From Azolla caroliniana (taxonomy: Eukaryota > Plantae > Polypodiophyta), in assembly GCA_043228905.1 (NCBI GenBank), contig JBHGNT010000018.1, positions 4,402,001-4,466,000 of the forward strand: DNA of 64,000 nucleotides, read 5' to 3'. The position numbers and the translations under genes were made by a program. Of the stretch, positions 49,117 through 62,049 are shown in pieces. Position 1 is the first letter of the stretch. Every line of letters begins with the position of its first letter. The notes below the pieces were generated by a model. The model did no database searches and was not told the DNA's origin. It was given only the letters and a program-made list of their open reading frames with translations.

Positions 49117-49957
49117 GATATGTAGTCAGAGTAGTCAGCCGGTTCATGAGCAATCCAGGAAGAGAACATTGGGCCGTCGTCAAGTGGATACTCCAATACC
49201 TGAAAGTCACCTCGAGCATGTGCCTCCGACTCGACTCAGGTAAACCCCAACAAGAAGGTTTCACCGATTCAGACATGTCGGTTGATGCAGATACTAGCAA
49301 GTCTATGTCCAGATACGTCATGACTTATGCAAGAGGAGCCGTATCGTGGCAGTCGAGGCTACAGAAGTCCGTGGCACTGTTGACAATGGAAGCAGAGGAC
49401 ATGGAAGTTGTAGAAGCTGACAAGGAAGTAATTTAGATAAAGGACTTCATCGAAGAGTTAGGAATCCGACAGGAAGAATACGATTGCTCCACTGCGATAG
49501 TCAAAGTGCCATTTACCTTGCGAAGAATGTGGCCTACCACTTCGGGACCAAGCACATCTAGAGCAGATACCATTGGCTCCGGGAGAGGGCAGAAGAAAAA
49601 GACTTTGTTTTGATAATGATACAGATGGAGGAGAACAGGTCGGACAGGCTGACCAAGGTGTTGTCAGCCGACAAGCTGGATGCATGCCATAGATGGATCA
49701 GGTTTACGAAGAGCCCATGTCGGAGTGAAGGGGAGATTGTTGAGATATCGGTCCCTCTGGATGGGGACCGGTCGAGCTGGAGGATGGATCTGAAGGAGTC
49801 CGACAAGATCCGGTGTGAACCGTGAGTGGGGACATATTAGTAAATATGTTCCGATGGGACTGTTTGTTGGTCAAATTTGTAAATAGTACCAAAGTTATAT
49901 GAGTATAAATATAACTAGGGAATTTTTAGTTATATATGAGGTTGTTAGTGTTGTTGT

Positions 49958-50003
<46 letters not shown>

Positions 50004-50262
50004 CAAACAAACAAACAGAAAGTTGTTTTCCGTTGTAACCATCGGTAGGCGAAGATATAGAGCTCAAGGTCGTTGCTTCTGAAACTTGCATTGATTGTAC
50101 CTCCCTCTCATTTATAGTGATCTTGTTTGGAGCATGTGGGCTACCGTTGTTTTTGCTTCCTTGAGGTTTTTCCACGTAAAACTGTGCGTCGTCTTGCTTT
50201 CAATTTCTTCCATTGAGCTTGGTTTGTTCAAACTCGTTTGTGGCCGAGCACGATTCTCAACA

Positions 50263-51145
50263 CACTCCTCTATGTCGGCGTTGTCTTTACAACCCTTGGC
50301 ATACATTGCCAATTTTATCTCGAGTGAATTGAGGATGAACATTCGACCTTCTCTTCCACTACGGGCAACAAGTCGTCCTTCTTTTTCGATAAAGCATCCT
50401 CCATCGTTGAAGCGAACTTGCATACCTTGCTCCACAATCTAGCCAACCGAGACCAGGTTCTTTGTTATTGTTAGAACATGCAAGACGTTCTTGATGTAGG
50501 TTTGGTTGCCTTCTTCCCCAAATGGGACATTATCGACATATTGAATGGGGTGAATTATGTCATCCCCAGTCTCCACATAGTCGGGTCGTTCAGGCTTTCG
50601 TAGATTTCGGAACCAATCCTCATGAGACGTCATGCGGTTGGATGCACCCAAGTCGACAAACTATGCATCTTTTGAGTTGGAGGTGTTGGTCAGGTTGGAG
50701 GTTGTCATAGAGTTCACTTTGTGCCTCATCACAAACATTCCGCCACCATCGTGATAGTCGGAGTTTGAGGTGTAGTTGGTGAGTTGTCGACTTGTGGAGG
50801 CCGACTCACTATCTGTACTAGGCGGAGTTACTCTATCGACTCGGTTCGGCATGATAGCTCCCCCTTCTACCTAACGTTCCGCCTTGTGCGTTCGCACCGT
50901 CTTGTCGGTAGTTGAAGTTTTGTTTCCGGGGTTGGCTTTGGTTGTACCGATGTGAATGCATCGAAGAAGTATTCCTTGCCTCCATCTAGCCAAAGACATT
51001 ATACATGCCGACCTGTTTCCTTTTCGACTCCACTTTTGAATTTTTGGAAGTGTGCAAACACTTCACTCTTTTGCCTCATGGGGAAGATCCAGGTGTGTCT
51101 AGAGAAGTTGTCGATAAAGGTCATGTAATATCGGCTCTGATACCA
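50263..51145 (-). mobile_element. Copia fragments (PBS, integrase piece, gag tail, protease, GAG-pre-integrase), probably part of copia C; LTR begins at 51148
   Basis: PBS TGGTATCAGAGC at ~51134-51145, YYMTFIDNFSRHTW, DLGASNRMT, KNLVSVG, AMYAKG..ADIE. Confidence 0.75.
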
Positions 51146-51806
51146 ACTGTTAGAGTTAGATCCTAATGTAAGCATATGATAAGGAAATATAAATAGATAA
51201 GAAATCGATAAGTTGATCCACCTGACCACTCCCAAGAGAAGGGATCGAGATGGACTCGAGTGTCGATCAGCGTCTCATACCACCGCCATGGCATCAAGTT
51301 GTACCTAGTATTGGCGCGCTCACTACAAGAGTTTGATCACGACGAGTTCAGAGTCTCGACGTAGTCAAGAGATGTCAAATTATGGTAGCTAGGCCTCATA
51401 TGTTATCAATGCGTATGAGATCAATACCTCAATTGTTATATACATAGAATGTAATATTTGTGTTTGTGCAAGCATTCAAATGTTTGAAAACGAACACATT
51501 TGAAATGGGAAAAATACATGCTCCTTATAATGTAAGTTTAATGGTAAAGGTCATGGCTATTTTGTTTTTCGATTAATTCAGACTCAAGAAAATCTGAGTC
51601 TGGGTCAATCTCTGTTGATAAACAATCTGACGGTAAAGATTTTAATAATAATAATTTAGACTTTGGAAAAGAGGCAATCCCTATTAATAAACAATCTAAC
51701 AATAAAGATTCTAAAATATCGTAAGTATTACAATCGTATATACATCGAAGGACATTAAAATGTCTATTAGCTCTTTATCATTTTTTTCATTCATTATTAT
51801 TATAAT

Positions 51807-52398
51807 TTAGCTCACCCTAGTGGTTAGGAGTCATGCTATTGTTGTTTATGTCTTGGGTTTGATTCCCAATTTTCTCATCTCTCTCTCTCATTGGTACCTA
51901 GCAAAATTTTATGTTAGTGTTATAATAGCTTTTTTCTTCTAATTTTTATTATTAGAACTAAGCACAACCTACTTGTAAGTTCTTGTGCCACTATTACTTG
52001 TGTCTTGGGTTCAATTCCTAACTTTCTCGTATCCTCTTGTTAGTGTCATGGCAAAATTGTATATTAGTGTCATGTTCCTTTTTCTTCTTTTTCTTTCTTT
52101 CCTAGTTATTAGAAATGAGCTCACCCGAGTGGTAAGTTGTTATGCTACTACTGCCTATGTCATGGCAAAATTTTATGTTAGTGTCATTTTCCTTTTTCTT
52201 TCTTTCTTTCTTTCTTTCTTTGTTATTAGAAATTAGGTCACCCTAGTGGTAAGTTGTTATGCTACTACTGCCTATGTCATGGCAAAATTTTATGTTAGTG
52301 TCATTTTCCTTTTTCTTTCTTTCTTTCTTTCTTTCTTTGTTATTAGAAATTAGGTCACCCTAGTGGTAAGTTGTTATGCTACTACTGCCTATGTCATG
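51807..52398 (+). repeat. Tandem array derived from a tRNA-like SINE head (two long diverged units + ~3 units of 117 bp)
   Basis: A-box-like tagctcaccctagtgg and B-box-like gggtttgattccc / gggttcaattcc. ctgcctatgt recurs at 52151, 52268 and 52385. Confidence 0.7.
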
Positions 52399-54450
52399 TC
52401 TTTTGATAACTTTGACAACACAAATTCTTGACAATGTCTTGTTCTTGAACATGAACATTTAAAAGCTCTTCATCATGCGGACTATTCATCAATAGTACAT
52501 TGCATCGCGTAAGAATATATGAAAACTTATCAATCAATTTCTTACATCTTTTAGCATTAGTCATACCATACATACGATGAATATCATTGATGTTTTGTAG
52601 TGTTGTATCCCATGCATGCCTCAAAGGAGAATTAAACCTCAAAGGAACTCGATCAAGCAATGTTTTGTACATGTTGTGGTGTCCCTTTCATTGTGCATTT
52701 CACAATATCCACCCCATGTTTATTAAACTCAAAATAGATGGGGAAATGATCCGATGTCACAACCTCTTGCATAATTGACATATTAAGCATCTCTTGCAAA
52801 AAGGACTCATTATGCATAACATACATTCTATCTAACCTACTCCATGTTTCCTTATATTGCATAGACTGAAATGTAAACCTAACCTCATCTTGATGCAACC
52901 ATTTCCATACATCCAACTTCAAAACCTCGGATGCCAAATAGTCCCAAACTGCTTGCTCCAGATAATCCATCAATAAGAATCGTGATGTAGATTGTGAAGC
53001 ATCAACATATATTAAAATCACCCATTAACAAACCAACACGGCCCACTAATAATCGTGGATACATTGAAGACCATAACTCAATGCGTTGATTAGTATTATT
53101 GGGTGCATAGATTCCTAGCACCCATATCAAATCCTCAAAATACTTGACTTCCATCACCAAAAAACGTCCATACAGATCACTATAGACTATATGTGGACAA
53201 AACCAATTACGAATAATCATGACAACCCCTGAGTAATGATGTGATAATTGTCCTGCATAATATGCGAAATATCCGCGCAAACGTAACACAGATCCTGCTA
53301 AATTATGACACTTATGTTCAACTGTACATATAACATCTCATTCTTTATCAAATAAAGTTTTCCATAATATATATTTCTTATGAGGAGAAGATGCCCCTCG
53401 CACATTCCATGATACCACTTTCATTTAACACCTTTAGTAAGAACTTGCTCTTATGAGCAAGTGTATTCATGAATGTACTAACTACTTGTTCAAGAGCTAC
53501 ATAAGGATTTGTGTGTACTACATCCCCTCCAACAATATTAGGGTTTTGTTGTCTAGCTCCACGAGAATGAAGTCCTTGATTTAATTGAGGTCGTACCACC
53601 CTTCCTAAATAATCGAATTTTAATTGGTTGGACAATCTCTGATTTTGCACTTGTTTCTACCAATGATTTTTCTTAAACCCCTCATTCAATCTCAAATTAT
53701 CTTTTGGTAATGCCTTATTGTTAGTATTTTTTGTGTCCCTTTGTATGACAACACCCTTCCCTTTTATCTTATGCTTCACTTGATGCCACTCTCCATCTTC
53801 AACATATGGGTCATCGTTAATGCATACTCCATTCTCCTCCCCAACACCTCTAACATGACCATGAACTTTAGGATCTCACTCTAACCCATGAGATGTTCCC
53901 TCATCCATGACCATATCAACCATTGAGACAATATCCTTCTCAACATCTTCCTTATTTTTCCCTTTGACATTATTTTATGGGGATAGTTCACCATGATATT
54001 GGCATTCAGCCATAAAATGTCCCAATTTACCACATTTAAAACAATGTCCCGCAAAAGTTTCCCATTGAAGCTTAAAATGAAATCGACCAAATCAAGATGT
54101 ATCTATACTCAACCATCTGGAAGTTTACAACTTGTATCCCATAACATGCATCTACATTTGTTCAATGAATTAACATGAGGAGCAACCAAAACTTTACCAA
54201 TTTGAGACATCAATCCTGGTAGTAAATCCCAAAAGAATGAGTTACTACAATCAACAGTCACCCAAATTGGACATTGTTGTTTTAATAAATCTTTATAATC
54301 CACCACCGAAACCCATTCCATCACATGCACTAATCTTCTATAAAAAAAGATTGGTACCTTTGCAATCAAAGTCGTACGGTGTTTTGATGATCGAAAAACC
54401 ACATCATAGAAACCTTTTGGACCCACATAGACATCCTCAACACAATTAGA

Positions 54451-54452
<2 letters not shown>
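52399..54452 (-). mobile_element. Degenerate L1/Tx1-type LINE (ORF1 and endonuclease)
   Basis: ORF1-like KGFYDVVF..CPIWV..IGKVL. APE motifs IYAPN, MGDFN, SRLDRMY, SDHFPI. Abuts (CT)n at 54453-54504. Confidence 0.8.
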
Positions 54453-54506
<54 letters not shown>

Positions 54507-54899
54507 CTTATTCCCATTTACTCTTTTGAGATGGGTGATCATGGTAAAGCATTAATCAACCTCATTCATATGTGTTGGTGATCTCCCTTCTTAATCAAGG
54601 TGTTGGCATTTTCCATGTGTAGCTTTTTACTTCCATGTGTGTTTATATTGATGTTTAAATCCTCTTAAAGTTCAAGTTATCTTCTTAATTAGGGTCATCT
54701 TAGTGAGGTGAGAGTGATGGTTCACAAGATTAGGGTTCACAAGGTTAGTAGCTCGAGAGCAATTGCTAGCCACTCTCACCTAGTTGCCACCAATAGAGTT
54801 TAAGGTGGTTTGAATCCCTCGGCCAATGATAGCGATGTGGAGGCAAACTCCACTAATACATAAAGGTGTGCTCAACATCACATGCTTGGAGCTGACACA

Positions 54900-55732
54900 T
54901 CCCACAAACTAACCTTAAATTTTGGAAACACTTGCTTCAGATCCTGATAGTTTCTTGTAAACTCTCCTCAAATTATCGTCCTCAAAGTGACTGTGAAACC
55001 AAGCATATATATTAAACATTAGAACAATATCTTCATTGTTTTATCAATTACCAACGTGATAGTTGGGTTTACTTTTGTATATTGCTTGAATTTTGCAAGG
55101 TTCATGTACAATAATTTGGATCATTCTTCTATAAGACATGACATTGATCCACTTTTTCACAAATATAGGATATCCTCTTTCAGGATAATGCTTGATCATC
55201 TATAAGTTTTGAAAAACCCCATTGTTAAGGATCATCCACTTCAATTCCAACAAATTCAAGTTAATCTTTCCCACCATTCACATAAGGCTCAACCCACACA
55301 TAAGAAGGCTACAAAATTTCAACATTGTGGCTCCCCACTTGATAAACTTAAGTTTTGATTTGAGAATTGTGTACAATTATTATGGCGTAATGTGAAAAAC
55401 ACCAACCCATGTGATAAGCTAGATTATCAATGTCTTGGTTTAGTTTTTACTTTTGGTCAAATTGTAATGTTACATCATCTTGATCTCTATCCACATATGC
55501 ATCTCAATGACCTAGCATTCAATGTCTCATTGTTGGAACCATATGCTTCTAGATTTGTCGTTCCACTCTCACTCCTAGCTAAACTTGTTGATGACCATGA
55601 ATTCGAAGTTGAAGTCATGTTGAACTACAAAATTGTGTGCAACAAGCTATGTTATAGACTAGTTTTAATATATACACCCAATTATTGGACTTGGGATCTT
55701 GGTCAAAACCTCACCAATGCTCTAAAGCTTGT
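54900..55732 (+). mobile_element. Degenerate chromovirus (Tcn1-like Ty3/gypsy) integrase C-terminus + chromodomain; continues at 61692-61790
   Basis: KLDYQCLG..FNVSLLEPY..EFEVEVML..TWD..NLTNA..LV, then EFH-YPNK after the copia G insertion. Purine tract near 61775. Confidence 0.72.
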
Positions 55733-55849
55733 TGTGAATGTAAACGTGCGGAAGCGTTAGACAGAACCAGCTCAGCTGGATAGCAATAGAGAATAAGATG
55801 AAGGTTTAATGGAGAAGCTTAATACACACAGAGAGTATACGCAAGAGAG

Positions 55850-55914
<65 letters not shown>

Positions 55915-58900
55915 AGAACATAAACTCAATTCAAAATATCACTCTGAAAGACTTTGTACATACAACGTGCTAAACAACACTATTTATACAAGTCCATAAA
56001 GGACTGATAGAAGTACTGACAGGTACTTCAATATTCCTATGTGTGACGGACACTAACTATGAGACAATGATTACCTAGTAGTCTAGCCTATTACTAGGCT
56101 TCCGGTTCCCGCTCGAATCCGTCTCCCCGATCTGGCCGGTTGTTTCGGGATACCATCCGGATACCAATCCGGCTCATCCTTCCGGATGCTGATCCGGATC
56201 CGGTTGAGCTTGCTCGCTCAACACTCCCCCTCAAGCTTAACTTGAGGTCGGATCATGGTGTTAGTGTCCATGGCAGCCGGTTCTTCTACGCGGCTCCTTT
56301 TGGCGTTGCTCTGCCTTGCTCGCGCTCCTCGTCCAGTCCGGTCCTGTTTGCCACAACCCTTTTGGTTCTGCGCACCTCAACCTCCTTGGTCGGCTTGTCT
56401 GCTCAATAGGCCCATTTCAACTCCCTTGCTGTTGCAACTCCGGTGCTTGTCGACCCATCGTTTCCTTCATGTTGGCGTCGACTTCCGCTGCGTCTGTGTC
56501 CGTTTGGCCTTTAGTTGATCTGGCTTCTCCGAATCTTGAACCAAATCGGATTCCTTCTATTCGTTCCAGTTCTTGTCTGAATCGGTGTTCTCCAACTCGT
56601 CTTCCAATTTCAGGCCCTTCACCATATCAGACCATGTCCAAGTCTTGGCCTTCTCCTTCCGGTCGGCTCTGTCCTTCTTGACTCTATCGTCGTTGCCGCT
56701 CGTTCCGACTTGTTCGGACGTGTCGAATTTTTTCGTCAACTTGGCTTCCTTTTTTCCTTTGTGTCCCCCTTTGTTGGTTCTTTCTTCCTCTCCGGCTCCT
56801 TGTCCGGTGCCATCCATTCCCTTTCCTTTTCTCCCCCTCAAGTGCGGCACATCGAGATGTTGAATATTGAGCATCTCCAAAAAATGTTGCAACTTGTCTA
56901 ATCCTAGCATCTTGGTGAAGATGTCGAAAACTTGTCGATCCGTGTGAACATACTGAAGTTTAACTTCACCGTTCAGAACCCGCTCCCGAACAAAGTGAAA
57001 ATGCACTTCTATGTGCTTTGTTTGAGCATGGAATACAGGGTTCCCGGTGAGCTGAATGCTGCTCATGTTGTCACAGTAGATCAGGATCAAGGTCGGTACC
57101 TCGATCTGGAGGTCACGCAGTAGTTGCCGAAGCCAAATGGATTCATAGGTGGCATTGGTAGCGCGCGGTACTTAGCCTCAGTGCTCGACAAAGCCACTGT
57201 TGCCTGCTTTTTGCTGCTCCACGCAACAGCCACGCTACCTAGAGAAAACATGTAACCGGAGGTGGATCGGCGATCCGATGCATCATCGGCCTAGTCGGCA
57301 TCTGTATATCCGACTAGCTTTTCGGTCATACCATGTTGGTATAACAATCCCCGGTCCTTCGTGCCGCCCACATACCGGAGTAGCCGGTGTGCGCACTGAA
57401 AAGGTGCTCGACGGTCGGCTTCTGCATGAACTGGTTGATCACTCCGACCGGATAACTAAGGTCGGGTCGAGTGATTGTCAGATATATGAGGCTTCCAACA
57501 ATTTGTCAGAACCATTTCTCATTGCAGGCCGGTCCGGAGTTGGGACAGAGCTTCTAGTTCCGGTCCAGGGGTGTGAAGACAGGTCGGCATTCCGGCATGC
57601 CAAACTTGTACAACATGTTCAACACATAGTGTCGTTGTGAGAGCAATATGCCGTCGAGGGTTCGGATTACCTCGATCCTAAGAAAATAATGAAGGTCCCC
57701 CAGGTCCTTCATTTCAAATGCGTCTGACAACTGGGACTTTACTCGGCCGATTTCATTGCGTTTGGGTCTGGTGATGAGTAAATCATCAACCTAAAGTAGG
57801 ATGCAAACCAAACCATCCGAACCTTGTCTGATGAACAATGAGGAGTCGGATTTAGAGGTCACAAACCCCATCTTACACAACCGGTGCGTGATCTTCGCAT
57901 TCCAAGCTCGAGGGGCTTGTTTCAGACCGTAAAGCGACTTCTTAAGCCGGCATACCGCCGACTTGTTCATCTCCGACAGAAATCCGGGGGGTTGGATCAT
58001 TAAGACCTCTTCTTGAAGGTCGCCTTGAAGAAACGCATTCTTCACATCCATCTGGCGAAGATGCCACCCCCTTGCTGCGGCAACCGCCAATACCACACGA
58101 ACCATCATCACCTTCGCTACCGGAGCGAAGGTCTCGTCGTAGTCGATTCCATGGGTTTGAGCGTATCCCTTCGCCACTAACCGAGCCTTGTACCGGTTAA
58201 CCAAACCGTTGGCATTGTACTTTACCTTGTACACCCATTTGCAACTGATCGGTTTACACAGTCGGGGGGACGACGAGGTCCCATTTGTCGTTGGCATCGA
58301 GTGCTCGCATTTCTTTTTCCATAGCGGCATGCCAATTTGCATCCTTTGCCACTTCTGCGTAACTATCCGACTCACGCACTTCCGCTACTTTGGTCATGTA
58401 CGCATAGTGATGCACCATGTATTCATTGTACCCATACCGCGTAACGGGGTTCTTCATGCGGGAAGACCGGCATAACTTGTCATCACCCGGTTTGGGGCCC
58501 TTCTTGGCCGGTTCGGACTTTGTTCCCGAAGATCCGCCTTCATCCTTTCTGGACTCGGATTCGCTCCGATCCGACTCAACGTTGCCAGTTTCGTATTCCG
58601 GCATCTTCTTCTTCCCCTTCTCTTTGCGCGTGAACCGTCTCCTCGGTTCCTTGCGTGGGGAGAGCACGACAGAGTCTCCACTACTCGCCGGTTCTTCATC
58701 CGACTGGTCATCTCGACTCAGTCGCTCATTCGGTCCACTGAGCCGGAATGAGATCAGACTCTCTTCTAGAGTGCCGGAGTTTTCATCTTCTACCTGCCCC
58801 TCTTGGGCTCACTAGCCTCATCTTCCGGAATCGGGTCTTCGTTGGGAGTTGGAGTCGGTAAGGAGTACCATGATGCCGTCTCATCAAACTCGACATCTCG

Positions 58901-61691
58901 GCTTACTCGAACCTACTTAGTCTAGGGGTTACTTATACCCCTTCTGCTCATGCGAGTAGCCGACTAGGATACACTTCTCCGACTTCGGATCCAGCTTCCT
59001 CCGCTTCCCATCCGGTACATGCACATATGCTATGCTATCGAATATCCGAAGGTGTCTCAAATTCAGTTTCCGCTCGAAATACAGCTCATGTGATGACACC
59101 TTGTCTCCGATCCGGTTTTGGATGTAGACGACCGTCTGGACCGCCTCAACCCAGTAGAATTGGGACAAGCTCTTCTCCTCCAGCATTTCCCTTGTTGCGT
59201 CGACAATCGACCGGTTCTTCCTTTCAGCCACACCGTTTTGCTCCAGCGTGTATCTGTAGCTGAATTCTCTCTAAATTCCGTTATGTTGCAGATAACTGTT
59301 GAATTGGCCGGAAAAGTATTCTTTTCCGCCATCTGACCACAAGCACTTGACCTTCCTTTCTGTTTCCCGTTCAACTAAGCTTTGCGAGTTCCAGAAACAT
59401 TCGAAGACTTCGCTCTTCCGTTCGATGAGGTAGATCCACGTGTGCCGGTTGTAGTCGTCGATGAAGGAGACGAAGTATCGACTCCCGCCAAGACTAACGT
59501 TCTATGTCGATCCCCATACATTCGAATGTATTAGATCGAGCTTGTTACGGCTCCGGTTTCATTCGGTGGGGAACGGAAGCCAGTGTTGTTTCCCGAGTTG
59601 GTAGGCTTCACAAATTTCAGCCTTTCGGCCACTAAATTTCGGCAAACCGAAGACAACTTGTTTTGATTGCAGGTCCTGAAGCCTCCGGTAGTTAACGTGG
59701 CCGATCCACTTGTGCCACAGGTCGATGTCCGACTCGACCTTTTGCCCTTTGGCAAACATGGCGGTGTCAACTTCATTGGTGTTGAGGATGAACATCCTCC
59801 CTTCTCTACACCCTTGCGCAATTATCTGGCCTTCTTCCTCGATGAAGCACCCTAGGTGTGTAAACCGCACCTACATCCCCTGGTCGATGATTTGTCCAAC
59901 TGACACCAGGTTCTTTGTGATAGTCGAAACGTGTAGTACGTTCATCAGCTTCCCCTTTTATCTAACATGGCTTAAAGGGACTTCTCTGACATGCACAATC
60001 GGGTGAGGGGTGTCGTCTCCGGTTTCGACAATCCCCGGTTGTTCTAGCTTCTCCAAAAAGGAGAACCACTCTTTATGGCTCGTCATGTGGTTGGACGCTC
60101 CAAAATCAACATACCATACTTCCTCCGATTTGGAAGTAGTCTTCTTCATTGAGTTAGCCTTGTGCTTCATCACGAAGGCTGGCCCTTTACCGTTTTTCCC
60201 AGTTCCGGATCCTTCTGATCCTTCCGCGTAGTGCGAGCTTTGCCGGTTCTCTCGACCGGTTTTGCCGGATCCGGATTTGTCTGAATCAGCGCGCTTCTTC
60301 CAACACTCGCTTTCCCTATGGACCTTTTTGCCACAGTACCAGCATTTTGTGTCGGCCTTTCCTTGCCAGTTCCTAGCGCTGCTTTGACTCCCCCTGCTTG
60401 TGGAGGGTTTGGAACTGTTGTCGGCACCACCTCCGTGCCTCCGGTACTGCTCTTGCCGACCACCTCCATTGCGTGTTGACCCACCTCGTCCACCATGTCC
60501 ATGGGGTCGATCTGTCTCTGTGTACAACATCCGGTCGTCCGATTGAGTGGTCCTTGACCCACTCGCGTGGTTTTCTTCGACCATCAGCATCGATTGCAAG
60601 TCGAAGAAAGACAGTGGTTTCTCCTGGGTGCATATCGCTGTCCGGATTGGCCCGTACCTTTGCGCTAGACCACCGAGGTAGATTTGTACCATCTCTTCTT
60701 CGTCCACCGTCACATTGATGGACTCGAGTGCGTCGCAAATCTCCTTTATCTTGGTGGTGTAATCCGTAACCGACATGTCTCTTTGCCATATGTTGTTCAG
60801 CTCTTGCCTAAGCTGCAACTTATGGGCAGTGGTACTCGCGGCGAAAATCTTCCTTAGATTTCCCCAGGCCTCCTTCGCTGTGTTTGCATCCTTTATGTAG
60901 CCGAGCATCTAGTCGTGCACACAGGACGCGAGGCAATACAATACTTGGCTCACTCCTTGCTCCCAAACCTGGAAGTACTTGTGTGCCGGCTTCGACGCTA
61001 CCTCATTCGTTCCTTCCACGAAGCTCCAATATCCATGCCCCAACAGGTACTGCTGCATTTTATATGACCAGGACGCGTAGTTGCTTCAGTCGAGCTTCTC
61101 TGTTGGAAGTGAACTCGCCATTCCTCTGTCCATATCTCCTCTCTGTCTATTGTTACCGAGTATTAGGGTTTGTCTTCAAAAGCGCCAGTCAGCTACAATG
61201 GTTCTCAACCCTCGCGCTCTGATACCATGTGAATGTAAACATGCGGAAGCGTTAGACAGAACCGGCTCAGTCGGATAACAACAGAGAATAAGATGAAGGT
61301 TTAATGGAGAAGCTTAATACACACAGAGAGTATACGCGGGAGAGACCAAGAGAAAAAGAGAGAGAGAGAGAGAGAGAGTAGAACATAAACTCAATTCAAA
61401 ATATCACTCTGAAAAGACTCTGTACATACAACGTGCTAAACAACACTATTTATACAAGTCCATAAAGGACTAATAGAAGTACTGACAGGTACTTCAATAT
61501 TCCTATGTGCGATTGACAGACAATGATTACCTAGTAGTCTAGCCTACTACTAGGCATCTGATTCCCACTCGAATCCGGCTCTCCGATCCGTCTCCCCGAT
61601 CCGGCCGGTTGTTTCCAGATACCATTCGGATACCGATCCGGCTCAGGCTTCTTCAGCCGATCCGGATCCAGTTGAGCTTGCTCGCTCAACA
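55733..61691 (-). mobile_element. Full-length degenerate Ty1/copia element G
   Basis: LTRs 55733-56223 and 61228-61691. TSD CTTGT (55728-55732 / 61692-61696). PBS TGGTATCAGAGC directly next to the LTR. Gag (CWYCGKKVHRESEC), PR, IN, RT and RNase H fragments. PPT AGGGGGAG. Confidence 0.96.
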
Positions 61692-62049
61692 CTTGTCATT
61701 GAATTTCATAATTGATATCCTAATAAGTTGAGTTCTAATTCATGTAGTATGAATTGTGGTTCACTTTTTGTCAAAGTAGGGGAATAGCATCATGACACCG
61801 TAACATGTCATAGATTTTATGGGAGGCATTGGGATTTGGTAGTATAATATTTCTAACAATTCATACATCGTATTCATATGTTCATGTACATATTGTAATA
61901 TCTTATGCTATATGTACATACTATGACACTTTGACCTATGCTTAACTACCAAATGGCATTTTGTTGTCAAAGCTATTTTGGTTAAACATCAATCTTTGAC
62001 TCATTCGTGTAAATTATGTCCTGCTTATTCATAATACAAATTCCTTTTT

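Larger units (their letters stand above)
37208..50262 (+). mobile_element. Copia D (Tork/Tnt1-like, degenerate, 5' half deleted); pieces 37208-38835, 44128-44263, 49117-50262
   Basis: Integrase AVRADNGGEY, RT 37688-38835 and 49117-49730, PPT GAAGGGGAGA, 3' LTR 49738-50262 (TGTTGAG..CTCAACA). Split by E and F. Confidence 0.88.
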
